64,000 nucleotides of DNA, taken from Eledone cirrhosa (taxonomy: Eukaryota). The position numbers were made by a program, and so were the translations under genes. The notes under the pieces were generated by a model, which was given only the letters and a program-made list of their open reading frames with translations, was not told the DNA's origin and ran no database searches. Each line of letters begins with the position of its first letter. Within the stretch, counting starts at the first letter, position 1. Location: NCBI GenBank assembly GCA_964016885.1, contig OZ024740.1, positions 366,978,001 through 367,042,000 of the forward strand, written 5' to 3'. Shown piece after piece: positions 1-13,489 of the stretch.

Positions 1-17
1 TGTAGGAAAATGTTCAA

Positions 18-59
18 GACATCGACGGCGGAGCTCAGGCCGTTCCGACGGCTATTTCA
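18..59 (-). ncRNA. 3' half of a degenerate hammerhead ribozyme (PLE pLTR remnant)
   Basis: Minus strand reads gaaatagccgtc-GGAA-cggcc-tgagctc-cgccg-TC-gatgtc. Homologous to the complete HHR at 36753-36848, but GAAA is mutated and the 5' core is missing. Confidence 0.5.
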
Positions 60-68
60 CTCTCTCTC

Positions 69-69
<1 letters not shown>

Positions 70-100
<31 letters not shown>

Positions 101-157
101 TGTATGTATGTATGTATGTATGTATGTATGTATGTATGTATGTAGGTATGTATGTAT
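70..157. repeat. (TATG)n microsatellite
   Basis: Direct reading. Similar tracts at 767-800, 3998-4076, 5934-5995, 6592-6650 and 6989-7010. Confidence 0.95.
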
Positions 158-766
158 GTCAGGTCACCACTTGGTGCTACTGGTAACATGTATCCCAGTA
201 CAACCTGTCTCATGGTCGGGTCGTTGGCGACTAAACTGGCAACCCCACCAAGGTTTCTTGGTGAGGAGGGTGACTTTGGACATCCTGCAGGACTAAAAAC
301 AAAACCTGTCAAAGGGCAAAGGAGCTCTTAAGAGTCAATGGCCATCCAAAATCACTGGGAGAGATGACCCCTTAGCCTTTGTCAAGGCAGAATTCTAGGA
401 GAAGGAAAACTCTGATATAACACCTGCAACCCTGATGGTATCCAATGATGTTGACTTGTTCTTCTTTTTGGTAAATATCATCTTGGTTAAGAGAGTGGGA
501 CTGGCTTTGTGCAGTGCCTTTGCTCACTATAAAAGCTTCACGGCACAGGCATTGCTTTATATCTGGAGATCTCTCTGCACTTGTCGTCACATGGTACCAT
601 GGGCCCAGCACTATGTGTCAGTAATTGTCACAAGTGTAGTGTTTGTACCAGAGTTTTCAAGTCGCTGGCTGGACTAAAAAGTCACACTCGTTCAGCGCAT
701 CGGTAGGGGTTCTCCTACATGGATATAAAGTAGTGGCCGTACTCGAAAACGAGTTGGCAGCCACCA
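158..766. mobile_element. ~600-bp non-coding interspersed element flanked by (TATG)n (non-autonomous LINE derivative or SINE-like)
   Basis: Homologous copies at 5997-6591 (diverged), 6651-6988 (near-identical to 427-766) and 3700-3997. Contains CTAGGAGAAGGAAAACTCTGA, reminiscent of RTE 5' UTRs. Conserved right end GCAGCCAYC followed by (ATGT)n. Confidence 0.65.
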
Positions 767-797
767 TGTATGTATGTATGTATGTATGTGTGTATGT

Positions 798-1794
<997 letters not shown>

Positions 1795-1795
<1 letters not shown>

Positions 1796-2400
1796 GTCAC
1801 AGAATCGAAATCTTTCCTGTAGTCCAGCCAGACTGTAGTCATATTCCTCCTAAGTTGTCGTACCTCCGACATCGCAGTTTTGTTGATTAGGAGTTGTTCA
1901 GCACATCCCCAAACCCCTTTCTTTCCAGCTGCTTGTTCATATGTGATGATGTTATTATTTTCACAGTGGTCTTGGAGGAATAGTTTCAGGCAGGCTGTAT
2001 ACATCTTATACATCAGGTTCTGGCAGTTTTTTGCCAAGTGGGTATCTTTGTTCTTTGGGACCAGTAATGTTTGTGCTAATGTCAACCATTCTGGTATAAG
2101 TGTATCTCCCTTAAGAATTTGTTGGTAGAGGTCAGTAAGATACCTCCGATAGAATATCAGTTTTTTGTACCAGTAGCCGACAATCATGTCTCTTCCTGGT
2201 GTTTTCTTATCTTGGAGTTTTCCTATCACAGTCTCAAGGGTACCCTCACTTATTTCGTATGTTTCTGTTGTAGTGTAGGAGCAATAGTTCTTTCGGATTT
2301 CTCTTAGCCACACTGCATCTTGGTTGAAATTCTTCTTTTCACCCCATATTTTGCTCAAAAAGGAATCTATGTCTTTCTGGGATGGAGCCTCAGTGACATT
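1795..2400 (-). pseudogene. R4/Dong-clade non-LTR retrotransposon reverse transcriptase, N-terminal half (disrupted, 3'-truncated)
   Basis: ORF 1696-2358 contains KTPGRDMIVGYWYKK, PEWLTLAQTLLVPK, EQAAGKKGVWGCAEQLLINK and WLDYRKDFDSV, which are early RT motifs of R4-type RLE elements. Confidence 0.85.
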
Positions 2401-2502
2401 ATTATTTTGCCCTTCATATCTCTATAGACTGATGTTTGGTTTCGTCTGAATCTTTTCTCTCATCTACCTTTTTCAGGTATCGGCGTTTTTCGCTAACATC
2501 TC

Positions 2503-3570
2503 TCATTCTTGTTTGAGGGTGATCAGCTTATATTGGAGAGTTCTGGTTCTACTGTTACCAAACATCGTCTCTATTTTATTTTTCACTCTTTGTTGGTGAG
2601 GAGTGAGGTTTTTTTGTGTTTGTTTGCATGTAAGGAGCATTGTCACATATCCTATGTTTTTTCGTAGGTCAGCAATCTTTTTTTCTATTTTAGTTATATA
2701 TGATGGTATTTTTGGTGGTGTTTTATTCTTGTTAATATCTCTGCTATCGCCAAGATAATGCTTCACTGTCATTGCTAAGGCATATAAACAGGCGTTGATT
2801 TGCCAAAATGTTGGGGTTTTTATCCATCGTAAATATTCATCCCCTATTTCGTCAATAACACGTAATATTTCATTATTTGGTTTTTTATTCAACATTGTCG
2901 TTTTAACATGTTCAGCAAGAGAGATATTTATACATGAGTTAATTTCTCTCTGGAAGATTTCGTTGAGGGACATTTTCAATTGTTTATACTTTTGTTTATC
3001 ATTATCGATAGTATTTTCCACAATAGTCGAGGTAGACTCGGATGGTACACGTGGTGTCAAATTTCTTCGATTATTATTATTATCGATAGTGTTTTCCCCA
3101 GCATTCGAGGTAGACTTAGATGGTACAGGTGGTGACAAGTTTCTTACAGGCATCGTAGTTTCAAGGCGCTGTTCGACCTGGCTGCTAGGAAGTCTAGCAG
3201 CATGGCGATATGTAGCACGTGTTGTTGATTCCATGTTTGTTGTGGGGCACTTACAATTAATAATATTTATCTTATTTTTACGTTCAACAAACGTCGCTTG
3301 TTGGCGTAATTGTTTCGCTGTGAAATAATTTAGCTCTGGGTGCATTTCGTCCCAGTGTAGCTTCATTCTATTCATATAGCCAATGCAGGGATTGTTTTTT
3401 GCCATTTTATAATAATTAAATAAATCATTATTAAGTTCGCAACTCCAAGAGAAATGCGATTTATAATTTCGGTTTCTTCTGTAGCTACAACTGAATAAAG
3501 TTTGATTACCTTCCTTGTCATTTGTCTTCGGTACTTCCTTAATTTTTTTGTTGATGTTGTGTTCAGCCAT
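2503..3570 (-). pseudogene. R4/Dong element N-terminal region
   Basis: FSWSCELNNDLFNYY...GYMNRMKLHWDEMHPE...TAKQLRQQ resembles the conserved R4 N-terminal domain. Collinear with the RT fragment, separated by a stop and frameshifts. Confidence 0.75.
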
Positions 3571-3699
3571 GCTGTTTGTAGCAAATCCTTGTAAAATGAA
3601 TTATGTAGCTCTGTGAATTCGAATAAAAGGTGTCTTCAGAAGGGATAGTTAGAAGAATAAATAGTTATTCAACCTGACTGTAGTTTCGTTAAAACATCT

Positions 3700-3997
3700 A
3701 TCTAGGAGAAGGTCACTCAGATAAAACCTGCGACACCGTTTGCATCCAATGATGTAGACTAGTTCTTCTTTTGGGGAAAATGCATTCGATGTTCAGAGAG
3801 TCGGACTGGCTCCGTGAAAAGAATTTCCTCATTTAAAAAAAATTCAAGCACACGCAGCGCTTGATATGTGACATCTTTTGCGATGCATGGCATTGCTGGC
3901 CATAGACAAGTCCCTAGCAGGACCAAAAAGCCACATCGCTGCTGTTCAAGCTTAAGTATCAAGCGATGGCATTACTCGAAATCAAGTTGCAGCCATC
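3700..3997. mobile_element. Diverged right half of the 158-766 element family, abutting the R4 ORF start region
   Basis: Shares CTAGGAGAAGG..ATAAAACCTGC..TCCAATGATG and ACTCGAAA..AGTTG.CAGCCATC+(ATGT)n with 395-766. Confidence 0.6.
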
Positions 3998-4339
3998 ATG
4001 TATGTATGTATGTATGTATGTATGTATGTATGTATGTATGTATGTATGTATGTATGTATGTATGTATGTATGTATGTCTCTCTTAATTTTGAGTTTATTA
4101 TTGACGGAGAACCTCCGGTGGCAAAGTTATAAAAGAAATGGAAATTTTTGTTGTCTCTTGTGCAATCGTTCACTCTTTGAATTGTAAGAACATTTTATTG
4201 ATATTGAACCTTCCAGATATCGCGTATATTTGTAGCATAAGAACCCAGGAGCTGCGTTCTTTATTAACAAATCTAACTTCAGTCATACTTTGTTCCAGAC
4301 CGGTCGGTATATATCCTGTAGTTCTAATCATTATATATA

Positions 4340-4447
4340 CTAGCAGAAAAACCGCCCTCAGGCGGTTTTCTGCTAGCATATGTAGTGTGCATATTGGTAT
4401 TATAAACCGTATGCAGCCCCGCAGACCTTACTTTATTATAGTTTAGA
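4340..4447 (-). mobile_element. Mini non-autonomous Helitron (108 bp)
   Basis: Minus strand reads A|TCTAAACTATAATAAAG ... AAAACCGCC-TGAG-GGCGGTTTT-TCTG-CTAG|T: 5' TC, GC-rich subterminal hairpin, 3' CTAG, inserted between A and T. Both ends are shared with 27195-27658. Confidence 0.7.
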
Positions 4448-4521
4448 TGCAACTTAACTTCCTCATCCGTGGTCCGAGTGAGTAGCTGACTCCTACAACA
4501 GAGCATTATTTAATATGTGAT

Positions 4522-4620
4522 TACCCAGTGCATTACTGGTACTTTATTTTACGGGGTCGATAAAATAAAGTACCAGTAATGCACTGGGTAATTGCTGGCC
4601 TTGTGCCTAATGTAGAAACA
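4522..4620 (+). mobile_element. 5'-truncated, 5'-inverted tRNA-SINE with 17-bp target-site duplication (TSD)
   Basis: 3' half matches the SINE at 31752-31945. 4520-4551 is the reverse complement of 4561-4592. TSD ATTATTTAATATGTGAT at 4505-4521 and 4621-4637. Confidence 0.8.
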
Positions 4621-4921
4621 ATTATTTAATATGTGATCCCAAACAGCAATATCGAGCCGTTTGTGTTTTAATTTATATATATGTATGTTCTTTCGGTTTT
4701 ATAGTATCACAATTTGTTGCCAATCAGTTTCTAATATAGATAAAAGACTCTCTCATTGGAATTTACGCAACATCAACTAGGTAGATATGTATGCATGTCT
4801 GCATGCATGTATGTACAGGTATGGATGTTATTGTATGTGTGGATGTGTATATTTTGAGTTATCTGTGTGCATGTGCGTATGCTTTGTATCTGTACATGTG
4901 TATATGCAGTTATTAGATGCT

Positions 4922-5930
4922 TTATTTTTGGAATGTTTTAGATATTTTAACTGTTCTATTAATGGATTGTACATGTAATTTCCTAACTAGTCGTGTTTTT
5001 TCTGTTTCTTTGAAGCCCAGCTTCTCAAGATTTGTACTGAGGCCGTTACTGACATATCCCAGTGCCCCAATATCAGGTATAAATCTGAAGGTACAGTCAG
5101 GGTGGAGTATCTGTACATTTCTCAGTTCTGCATAGATATTCTCCTTTTTGTTAATCTTTAACATTATATTGGCATCTGCTGGGCAGCTAATTTCCACTAC
5201 TGTACATGCCTTCTTTTCTCTGTCCCATATCAATATATCTGGTCCCTTATGGCTGCATTTTATAGGGGTTTTGACTGGAACATTCCACCAGTACTCTTTC
5301 ATATTATGTATATGTATGCCTTCCACATTGTTGTAGATTTTAATGTGTTTATTGTCAGGGCTACCTTTTCTACGGATTGCATTGTAGTGTTTTGGCCACT
5401 ACATCATGCCTCATAGATAAATAGTACCGTGATGACATCTTTGGACAGCTCCTTATGACATGGGTGACATCTTCGATGTTAATTCTGCAGAGTCTGCAGT
5501 TGTTGTCACATATGTTTTGCCTGCATCCCTATTTCATTTGTGAATCAAGCATTTTGTGTTGATTTCCTGTTCTTGGATTGCAAAAACGTATCCTTCAAAG
5601 TGGGATCCAATATAGCGGTTGTTGGTCCATGATAGACTACTTTGCTTATCTATATTACTCTCACTCTGGAGCTTCCTGGGAACATATCCATGCACGATTT
5701 TCTGCTGATAAGCATACAGTTTTTCATCCATGGATTCACAGGCTACTGCTGGGCAATTTCCTTGGGTGTGAGTTTTTGATTATCATGCAGGGAGCACCTT
5801 TCAAGGAGTTCCTTCCCAACTCTCATGATCATATCTATCTCATGCAGATAGACACGCTCAATAGATGGTCTCCTATGCTTCGAGGTTCATAAATATTGTC
5901 AGAGGAATATGATGCGACACTCAAATGTTG
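4922..5930 (-). pseudogene. R4/Dong element C-terminus: zinc knuckle plus restriction-like endonuclease (5'-truncated copy)
   Basis: EGYVFAIQEQEINTK; CRLCR..EDVTHV..SCP; RHDVVAK; PDILIWDREKKACTVVEISCP (PD-(D/E)xK type); IGALG. Flanked by TATG-type repeats. Confidence 0.85.
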
Positions 5931-5996
5931 TCTGTATGTATGTATGTATGTATGTATGTATGTATGTATGTATGTATGTATGTATGTATGTATATG

Positions 5997-6591
5997 TCGG
6001 GTCACTCATGAGTGCTACTGGTAACATGTAACCCAGTACAACCTGTCACATGGTCGGGCCTTCTGCGACTAAACCGGCCAAGTTTACTTGGTGAGGAGGG
6101 TGATTTTGGGCACCCTGCAGGACAAAAAACAAAACCTGACAAAGGCGTAAGAACTCATAAGAGTCAACGGCCGTCCAAAAATGTGTAAATATGTATGTAC
6201 ATGTGTATATATGTATGTATGTATATATGTGTATGCATATGTATATGCGTGGAGACATAGAAATAATCGGGCTGGATACCCGATCGCGCGGTTAAACCAC
6301 TGGGAGTGAAGGATCCCTAGCCTATGTCAGAGCATTCTTCTAGGCAACTCAGGAAACTGGGATAACTCCGATATAAAACCTGCGGCTCTGTAGTTACCGA
6401 TGATGTTGATCTTTTCTTCTTTTCAGGTTATAGCTACTGTCACTCAGAGAGTGGGATTGGCTCAGTGCACAGTCTTTCCTCACTTTAAAAAAATCATCAC
6501 GCACAGGCATTGCTCGATAGCATTAATTGATAATTATTAATAATGTTATATCGTGCACGATATGTTATATCGTAACGAGGGGCAAGCCATC
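5997..6591. mobile_element. Diverged second copy of the 158-766 element, interrupted by a microsatellite
   Basis: 5997-6180 aligns with 158-350. The right end is AAGCCATC+(ATGT)n. Confidence 0.65.
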
Positions 6592-6650
6592 ATGTATGTA
6601 TGTATGTATGTATGTATGTATGTATGTATGTATGTATGTATGTATGTATG

Positions 6651-6988
6651 CAACTCTGATGGTATCCAATGATGTTGAATTGTTCTTCTTTTTGGTAAAT
6701 ATCATCTTGGTTAAGAGAGTGGGACTGGCTTTGTGCAGTGCCTTTGCTCACTATAAAAGTTTCACGGCACAGGCATTGCTTTATATCTGGAGATCTCTCT
6801 GCACTTGTCGTTACATGGTACCATGGGCCCAGCACTATGTGTGAATAATTGTCACAAGTGTAGTGTTTGTACCAGAGTTTTCAAGTCGCTGGTTGGACTA
6901 AAAAGTCACACTCGTTCAGCGCATCGGTAGGGGTTCTCCTACATGGATATAAACTAGTGGCCGTACTCGAAAACGAGTTGGCAGCCAC
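6651..6988. mobile_element. Truncated near-identical copy of 427-766
   Basis: Direct match with a few substitutions. (TATG)n on both sides. Confidence 0.85.
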
Positions 6989-7549
6989 CATGTATGTATG
7001 TATGTATGTATGCACGTGTGTATATATATGTATATATATATATATATGGATGTATACGTGCATGATGGTATGCATGTGTGTATGTACATGTGAAAATATA
7101 TCTTTCTATTTATATATCTATCCATATATCTACCTATACGTAATTATGTCGTTTTCTGGCTTTCCTCCGCGCACTTTCCTGCCTCCCTTACTGTCTGTGT
7201 GAGTAGCTTATCTGTCTTGTCCTATTTTTGTAATATTCGTATGTTAATTTATGTTATACTGTCACGAAGATTTCATGAGCGACATGGAAATTCCAATTCG
7301 AAATGTCAAAAGATATCTTATATTAATAGCTAGTCATTCCTCCCTCTTATCACATCACTCATTTGTCAGATTATAAACATATAAACTTCCCATTGCTGTA
7401 TGCCCACACAGATGAAAATATACGCATCTGGAAGCGTCAGGAGGTGGGGGGTCGTATGACCCATCTCCCACAATTATATTTTTCTCCCAAAACTACCAAA
7501 ACACACATATATTTGTAGATGCGCAACATTTTCTGTACATGTTATGTAG

Positions 7550-7850
7550 AGACAGATGGGAGAGATAGAGATAGATACAGAGAGTAAGGTATGGAGAATG
7601 TGTTGTATGTTAGATATAAAGAGAGGGAGAGATTGATGTTTATTGATATAGAGAGAGTTCCTTGTTGTAGATATAGAGAGGGGGAAAGTTTGGTGCTAAT
7701 TGACATAGAGAGGAGGATTGGAAGAGAGTTCCATGTAATAGATATAGAGAGGGAAAGAGTTTTGGGTTAATTGATATATAGAGGGGGATTGGAAGACAGT
7801 TCCGTGTCGTAGATATATGTAGAGAGAGTTTGGTGTTATTTGATATATAT
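7550..7850. repeat. Degenerate purine-rich minisatellite (left part)
   Basis: Recurring GATATAGAGAGGG..GAGAGTTTGGTG.TAATT / GAGAGTTCCATGTAGTA units. Continues at 13490. Confidence 0.8.
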
Positions 7851-8088
7851 TTCTATTTATTTACCACCAGGGCATCAAAGATTGGGACAAATACAAAGGG
7901 GGGAGTTTACATACATTTAAAAAGACGTGTAAAAAACATATAACAAATTAAATTTAACAATCGATGTCCTCAATAGGGAGGGGCCTTGACATGGGTCGCA
8001 CACACCCCCGAAAAAATGTGCAACCCCCCTCTTCAGGAGCACAAAGAGCGGGTGCTTCCTTCCTCTTCTCATTCTTCCCCTCTTTCAC

Positions 8089-8616
8089 CTACAGGCTGAT
8101 ATAGAGAGAAGGCCCATTCACTCGGGCCATTCTCGCTACTTTCACCCATCTTTCATAAAACTTGCTGGGGTAGAGCACCTCTCTCTCCATTCTGATCCTT
8201 CTTCTAAAGTGGTACTTGAAAAAAAAGACCAGTTGTTGGCCGGAGAGATAGGTGTCTGACCAGAGCCCTTTCAACCTTGTCCACCATACAACTTCTTTCG
8301 CCATGGCTATCACACAGAGGAAAACCGCCTCTCCTTCGTTTTTGAAAGGGGGAGGCGGTTTGATTGTGACAATGTTCTCGGTGGTCAACCGGATTGGTCC
8401 CACCCGCGACAGTAGTCGTTCTACATAGCCCCACAGGTCAGCAACGCCCGGGAAGTGTGCGAATGCGTGTGCGACAGTTTCCTCGTCACGCACGCATCTT
8501 GGACAGATCTTCTTCGAGGGGTCCCTACCTGGGCGCCCGTGTCTGTAGAGCTTGTCCCGAACGGGTAGAGCTCCTCGGTAACATTGCCAAGCCAGGGACT
8601 TTTGGAAGTTGTCCAT
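8089..8616 (-). pseudogene. Tx1 ORF2 C-terminal zinc-binding region
   Basis: LAWQCYRGALPVRDKL...CPRCVRDEETVAHAF, a zf-RVT-like motif. Confidence 0.8.
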
Positions 8617-8635
8617 CGGTCCCTGGCCAAACGTC

Positions 8636-10318
8636 CTACCGAACAGACTGGCCAGCTCGTCTTCCTCCTATGCCCAGAGCCTCTCCGAGAGCGTCGTCGC
8701 ACTTACTGCGCACCAACCCTCTATAGAATGTTGAGGTTGAGTCTCCACTGATTGCCGGATCCGCTTGCCAGAGGGCCGTGAGCGCCTGGGCACATTCAAT
8801 GTGCCAGTCGCCCACTTTTCTTGGTCTTTGCTTCACCCAGGATTGCAGCTCGGTGAGTGAGACGAGTCTCGGAAAGGCTCGCCTCTCAAACAGGGCCCAC
8901 ACCGGCTGACCGGTGAGGAATACCTGGAGGTGCCGTAGCCTTAATGCGTGTCTACACATCGTCAGCCACAGCATCCCCAGCCCTCCGTTCGAAGGGTGTT
9001 GACAGCAGATGGATCTTCTCACCAAAGGAGCCCGCTTCTTCCAAAGAAATCGGAAGAGCGCGCGCTCCATTTTGGCGAGTGTTTTCTCTGGGCAAAGCAC
9101 GACGGTCAAGCGGTAGTAGATGACGGACGCTATATAAGCGTTCGCCACCTCCGCTCGACCTTTCAGGGATAGTTTGCACTCGGCCCACTTCTGGGCGAGT
9201 GCAAACACCTTGCCCGTTACCTCGTCCCAGTTTTTCTCCACCTGGAGGTCCGGTCCGAACCAGACCCCGAGCAGCTTCACCGGTCCCTCCGTCCAGCGTC
9301 CGACGATGCTGTCGGAGGGCATCGTTTTGCCCCTCCACGTCCCGAGTTGCAAACCGACGGACTTGTCCCGGTTCAGCTTGGCTCCTGTGAACCTTTCATA
9401 TTCCTCCAGTAAGGTGCCGATCTGCCCGATTTCCGAGGCGCACGACACCATTACTGTCACGTCATCGGCGTAGGCCGACACCGCTTTCCGCAATCCCGGT
9501 TCCAAGGGGATGTCCGGCAACAGCTCCAGCTTCCTCAGTAGTGGCTCGAGAGCCAGCACATACAGGAGGGAGGAGAGAGGGCATCCCTGTCGAATGGATC
9601 GCGTGATTTGGAACGGCTCCGAGAGGTAGCCGTTTCCCTTGACCCTCGAGCAGGTGTTGCTGCTGTGCATTGCAGCAATCCAGCCCCTGAAAACGGGTCC
9701 GAAGCCTGCCGCCGCGAGCACCGCATCCAGGTACCGATGGTCAACCCTATCGAACACTTTAGATTGATCCAAGTTGATCAGGGCCCCACCAAAGCCGGAT
9801 TCGTTCCCTACCCTATCTACGATGTATCGCATGAGGTGGAGGTTGTCGTGTATGGACCTGGACGGGATGGCGCATGTCTGCGCTTCTCCCACCAGGTTCC
9901 CGACGACAAGCGCCAACCTCTTCGCTAACACCTTGGCCAAAATCTTTAACTCTGTGTTTAGCAGAGTTATGGGCCTGAAGTTATCTATGTCATCCCCCTT
10001 GTTCTCATCCTTCCTCACCAGCGTGACTACGCCCTTGGTCACAGAACTGGGAATTCTCCAGTTCTGTTGCCAGTTGCAGTAGACCGCCTCGAGGAGACCG
10101 GAGAACAAGCCCGGAATCGCTACATAAAGTTCGTATGGTAGACCATCGAGACCCGGAGATTTGCATTTGCCGCATTGGCTCAGCGCTTCCCCTATTTCAG
10201 TGGCTGAAATCGGCCTCTGGCAGGACTTCGCCTCCCCGTCCGAGAGCCGCGCCAGACCGTCGAGGTATGGACCGAAATCCAAGGACCCACCGGCCCGCCG
10301 CCCCTCCCGAAACGTCAT
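8636..10318 (-). pseudogene. Tx1 ORF2 reverse transcriptase
   Basis: KSPGLDGLPYE, NFRPITLLNTELKILAK, LDQSKVFDRVDH, SIRQGCPLSSLLYVLALEP, AYADDV, and the C-terminal GGLG motif. Confidence 0.92.
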
Positions 10319-10437
10319 GCAAAGCGCCGTTGAAAGGCCGCGCTCATCTGCTCAGGTTCAAGGATCACGCGTCCATCCTGGTCCTTCAAAGACCGAATCG
10401 TGGACTTGTTTCCACTTTTTGCCTCTGTCACTCGGCC

Positions 10438-11525
10438 TCAGCTAACAGCTTTGACTCCCTCGTTACCCAGAGCACATATTTTACTCCTGACAACGCAGCC
10501 CTCGTGCTTCGCATCAAAGAACTGGTCTAGGGCCGTTCTTGACGCCAGCACGCCGGCCCCGTTGCCACTCCTAATCGCCTCTTCTACTCTATTTGTTAAT
10601 TCCTTTTCAGTTCTATTCCTATCTGATGCTAATTCCCGACTAAAACCTATCGATTCTATTCTAATTTCTCTCTTGAGAGAGCCCCACCACCTGTTGTTGA
10701 CAATTTCCCCCGTCAAACACTGCTTAACTAGTGTGCTAATCCGCTTACTGTAAGCTTTGTTTGTCGGTAAAGACAAGTTTAGCTTCCAGTAACCGGGTCC
10801 CTGTCTATGAGTTCTATCAAGGTTGACCACTCCGGTCAACAACTTGTGATCCGAATAGTCAACCATGAACATTCGTGGACAGCTTAATATGTCCCTATCC
10901 TTATTTCTAACTAGGAACCTATCTAGGTACGACCTGGATGTTCCGCTGCGATTACTCCACGTCCACTGTGGCACAGTCGGAAAATCCAGTCGATATCTAT
11001 CGGCCAGATCAAATCGGCCGATTAATCGTTTGAGGCTGTTACACCCCCCTCTATCGGGACATGCCCCTACATAGTCCCAACGTGCATCCAGGATACCATT
11101 CCAGTCCCCCACTAAAAGCAAGGAGCGAGACGTTCCCAGGAAATTCTCCAGGCGTCGGAAGAAGTCCGGTCGCGGTGTCCCAGATGGGGCATACGCTGCC
11201 ACCAGCCTGAAAGCTCCACCTTCACCACTGCCGACGTCTAAAACCACCAGTCGACCCTCCGGGTCCAGGTGTACCTTCTGTGTGGCAAGACCCAGGTATT
11301 TTCGCAGCAGAACGACAACCCCACCCCCACCCCTCGGCTGACAGAGAGATGCGTAGATCTCAAAGTCGTCGAAGATGGGGGCCAGTTGGCGCTCGCTGCT
11401 GATCCTGGACTCGCAAATAACCATTACATCCACTCTGTGCGACCTGAGGTCATTTAAGAGTTTGCCCTGTTTCCAGGACATCCCAAGCCGCGTGCATTCA
11501 CACATCCAACTCTTATATTGGCCAT
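10438..11525 (-). pseudogene. Tx1 ORF2 apurinic-like endonuclease
   Basis: The probable true start MANIRVGCVNARGL at about 11525 is frameshifted into the track ORF, which has YAP, GDWN, SYLDRFL, SDH and GPGYWKLN. Confidence 0.9.
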
Positions 11526-11679
11526 GTTGGTGCTGAAGAGGTAAAAAGGAAGAGGAAAGGAAATTTATACCTCTTCGTCTCCTGGGGACCAGGCTGCACA
11601 ATTTCCATGGGGGTGTTGGAAGGGTTGTTTGGTGGGGTGGTGGTTTGTGGTGGGGTGAGGACATCAGTGTGTGGTGGGA

Positions 11680-13462
11680 TTAGGGTGTTTGGTGGGGTGT
11701 GGGTGTCTGGTGTGGGGGTGGGGAAAATCTCAATAGGACGCTGTTATGTGGTTTGGTGCAGTTGGTCCCCACATGCATTGGATGGTTCTTTTTCAAAGTT
11801 ACATAGGTTTCCGTTGGGACCCTAATCATCATTAGGTGTGGTTTGTTCGCTGAGTAGGTGAAAGTGATCCCTTCGGTTTCCACCGAAGGGTTATTTTCTA
11901 TCGCTTTCATCAGCGTTTTATTGTTCTTGTTAATGTATGTATAGAGTTTTTGTTGTGTTGTGTTTGTTTTTGTTTGTTGTTCTTGCGCGTGTTTGCGTTT
12001 TGTAGTACGTGTTATGTTTTGGGGAGGGGTGGGTTTTTTTATTTGTGATGTTTGTTCTGTTTGTGCTGGTGGTTGTGTGTTTGTGGCATTTTTGTTAATG
12101 TGGTGCCTTTTTTTTTTCCTTTTCACCTGTTGAAAGGGTTCTCCCTCGTCGTCACTGGGTGACGTTGATACGGAGTCCTCTTCCGTGTTGTTGGGGAGGG
12201 GTATATTTTGGGGTTTTGTTGTGGTTGCTTTTGTATTTGTTTTAAGTGGGGAGGGGTTGGGTGGAACAGTGTTTTGTGTTGTTATTTTTCCGTGTTGTTG
12301 TGGTGGTGGTGGTGGTTGTGTTGTTGTGTTCGGGGTTGGCAGAAGAGCCTTTTTTTTTACTCGTTAATTGAGGACAGGCAGCCCTCAGGTGACCCCTGCT
12401 TAAGCAGTGGTAACATGACGGCCGCCTTCCCTCCACTGAAATGTTTATATAAGTTAGCCCGTCCAGAGGCACGCGTTGTGGGATATTCGCTATTCGTTCT
12501 GGGCTCATTTGCACCAGAACTTCTACGGTGGTCCCACCAAATACACCTCCGGAGGACTTTCCTATTGAAATTATCTTGTCTTCGTCAAAGTTTATTATTC
12601 CACATAGTATCCACCAAATGTTTACATTTGGTGTGATACTCATTATTTTTATTCTTTGTGTCCTTTTTCCCCTGTATGTGGGGTAAAAGGTGAAGCGGGG
12701 GTACACAATGGGTGCTACCGAGTACTTTTGAGCTGTTGACTGGTTGTTCATCAGCACCGAAATGCTACCAAACAGTTTACCTTTTTGTATGAAGGTTAAG
12801 TCCTTCATTGCGTCTTTTAGAACCAGCTCAATTTCATTTTGTGATAATTGAGCTGGTTTTCTTGTTACGTTCGATATTGTCCTGAAAACCACAGTTTTCA
12901 GGACAGCCTCTCTACGTAATTCCTGTGGAGAATTGATGCTAAAAGCACCGTTTTCGCCAAAAGTCACGAATTGTTTTGCGTCTTGTAATAGTTGTTTAGC
13001 ATTTGTTATGTCTATTGGCGTGTATAGTTCGTTTTTTTTTACGGTCTGTGCGAATGTTGTTTTGGTGTTGTTGTCTTTCGTGTTACTGTCACTGTTGGTA
13101 ATATTGGTGTTGCTATTGTTGCAGTTGTTGGTTGTGGTGTTGTTGTCATTGTTCTTGTTGTTGGTGCTGGTATTATTTGCAGGGTTTGGTTTCGCGGTTT
13201 CGATATTTTCCACGTTTTTCGATGATGCGAGGGGGGACGGCTGCAAGCTTTGTACTCTTACCTTCCCTCCACCACTTTTCTTAGTGGGCGTGGCACTCAC
13301 GACAGTGTGCGAGGTGGAAATGGCATCCATTGCCACCAAGTCTACAGTTTTTAGATGAAAATTTGTTGACTTAACGTCTGACGGCCAAGGCAAGGGGCTA
13401 AACCAAACAATGTTATTAAATTGATCAATAAACTCACAGTTCTTTTTTACAACAATCCGCAA
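11680..13462 (-). pseudogene. Tx1 ORF1 (gag-like, frameshifted near 12350)
   Basis: VEGRRPSCYHCLSRGHLRAAC is a CCHC knuckle. N/T-rich low-complexity tracts. Continues in ORF 11680-12126. Confidence 0.8.
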
Positions 13463-13489
13463 AAATCCGGAGCAAAGTAAATCACGTCT

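Larger units (their letters stand above)
7853..13487 (-). mobile_element. Near full-length L1/Tx1-clade LINE (frameshifted)
   Basis: ORF1 with CCHC knuckle, then ORF2 APE-RT-zinc finger in order. Short A-rich 3' tail (AAATAAATAGAAA) near 7853. Splits one minisatellite into two parts. Confidence 0.9.

Noticed and set aside
686-766. HDV-like ribozyme at the GGTGGC end of the (TATG)n-flanked element
   Set aside because: A P1-like helix with G-U exists, but there is no room for P3/L3 and the putative P2 is not conserved in the 3900-3997 copy.
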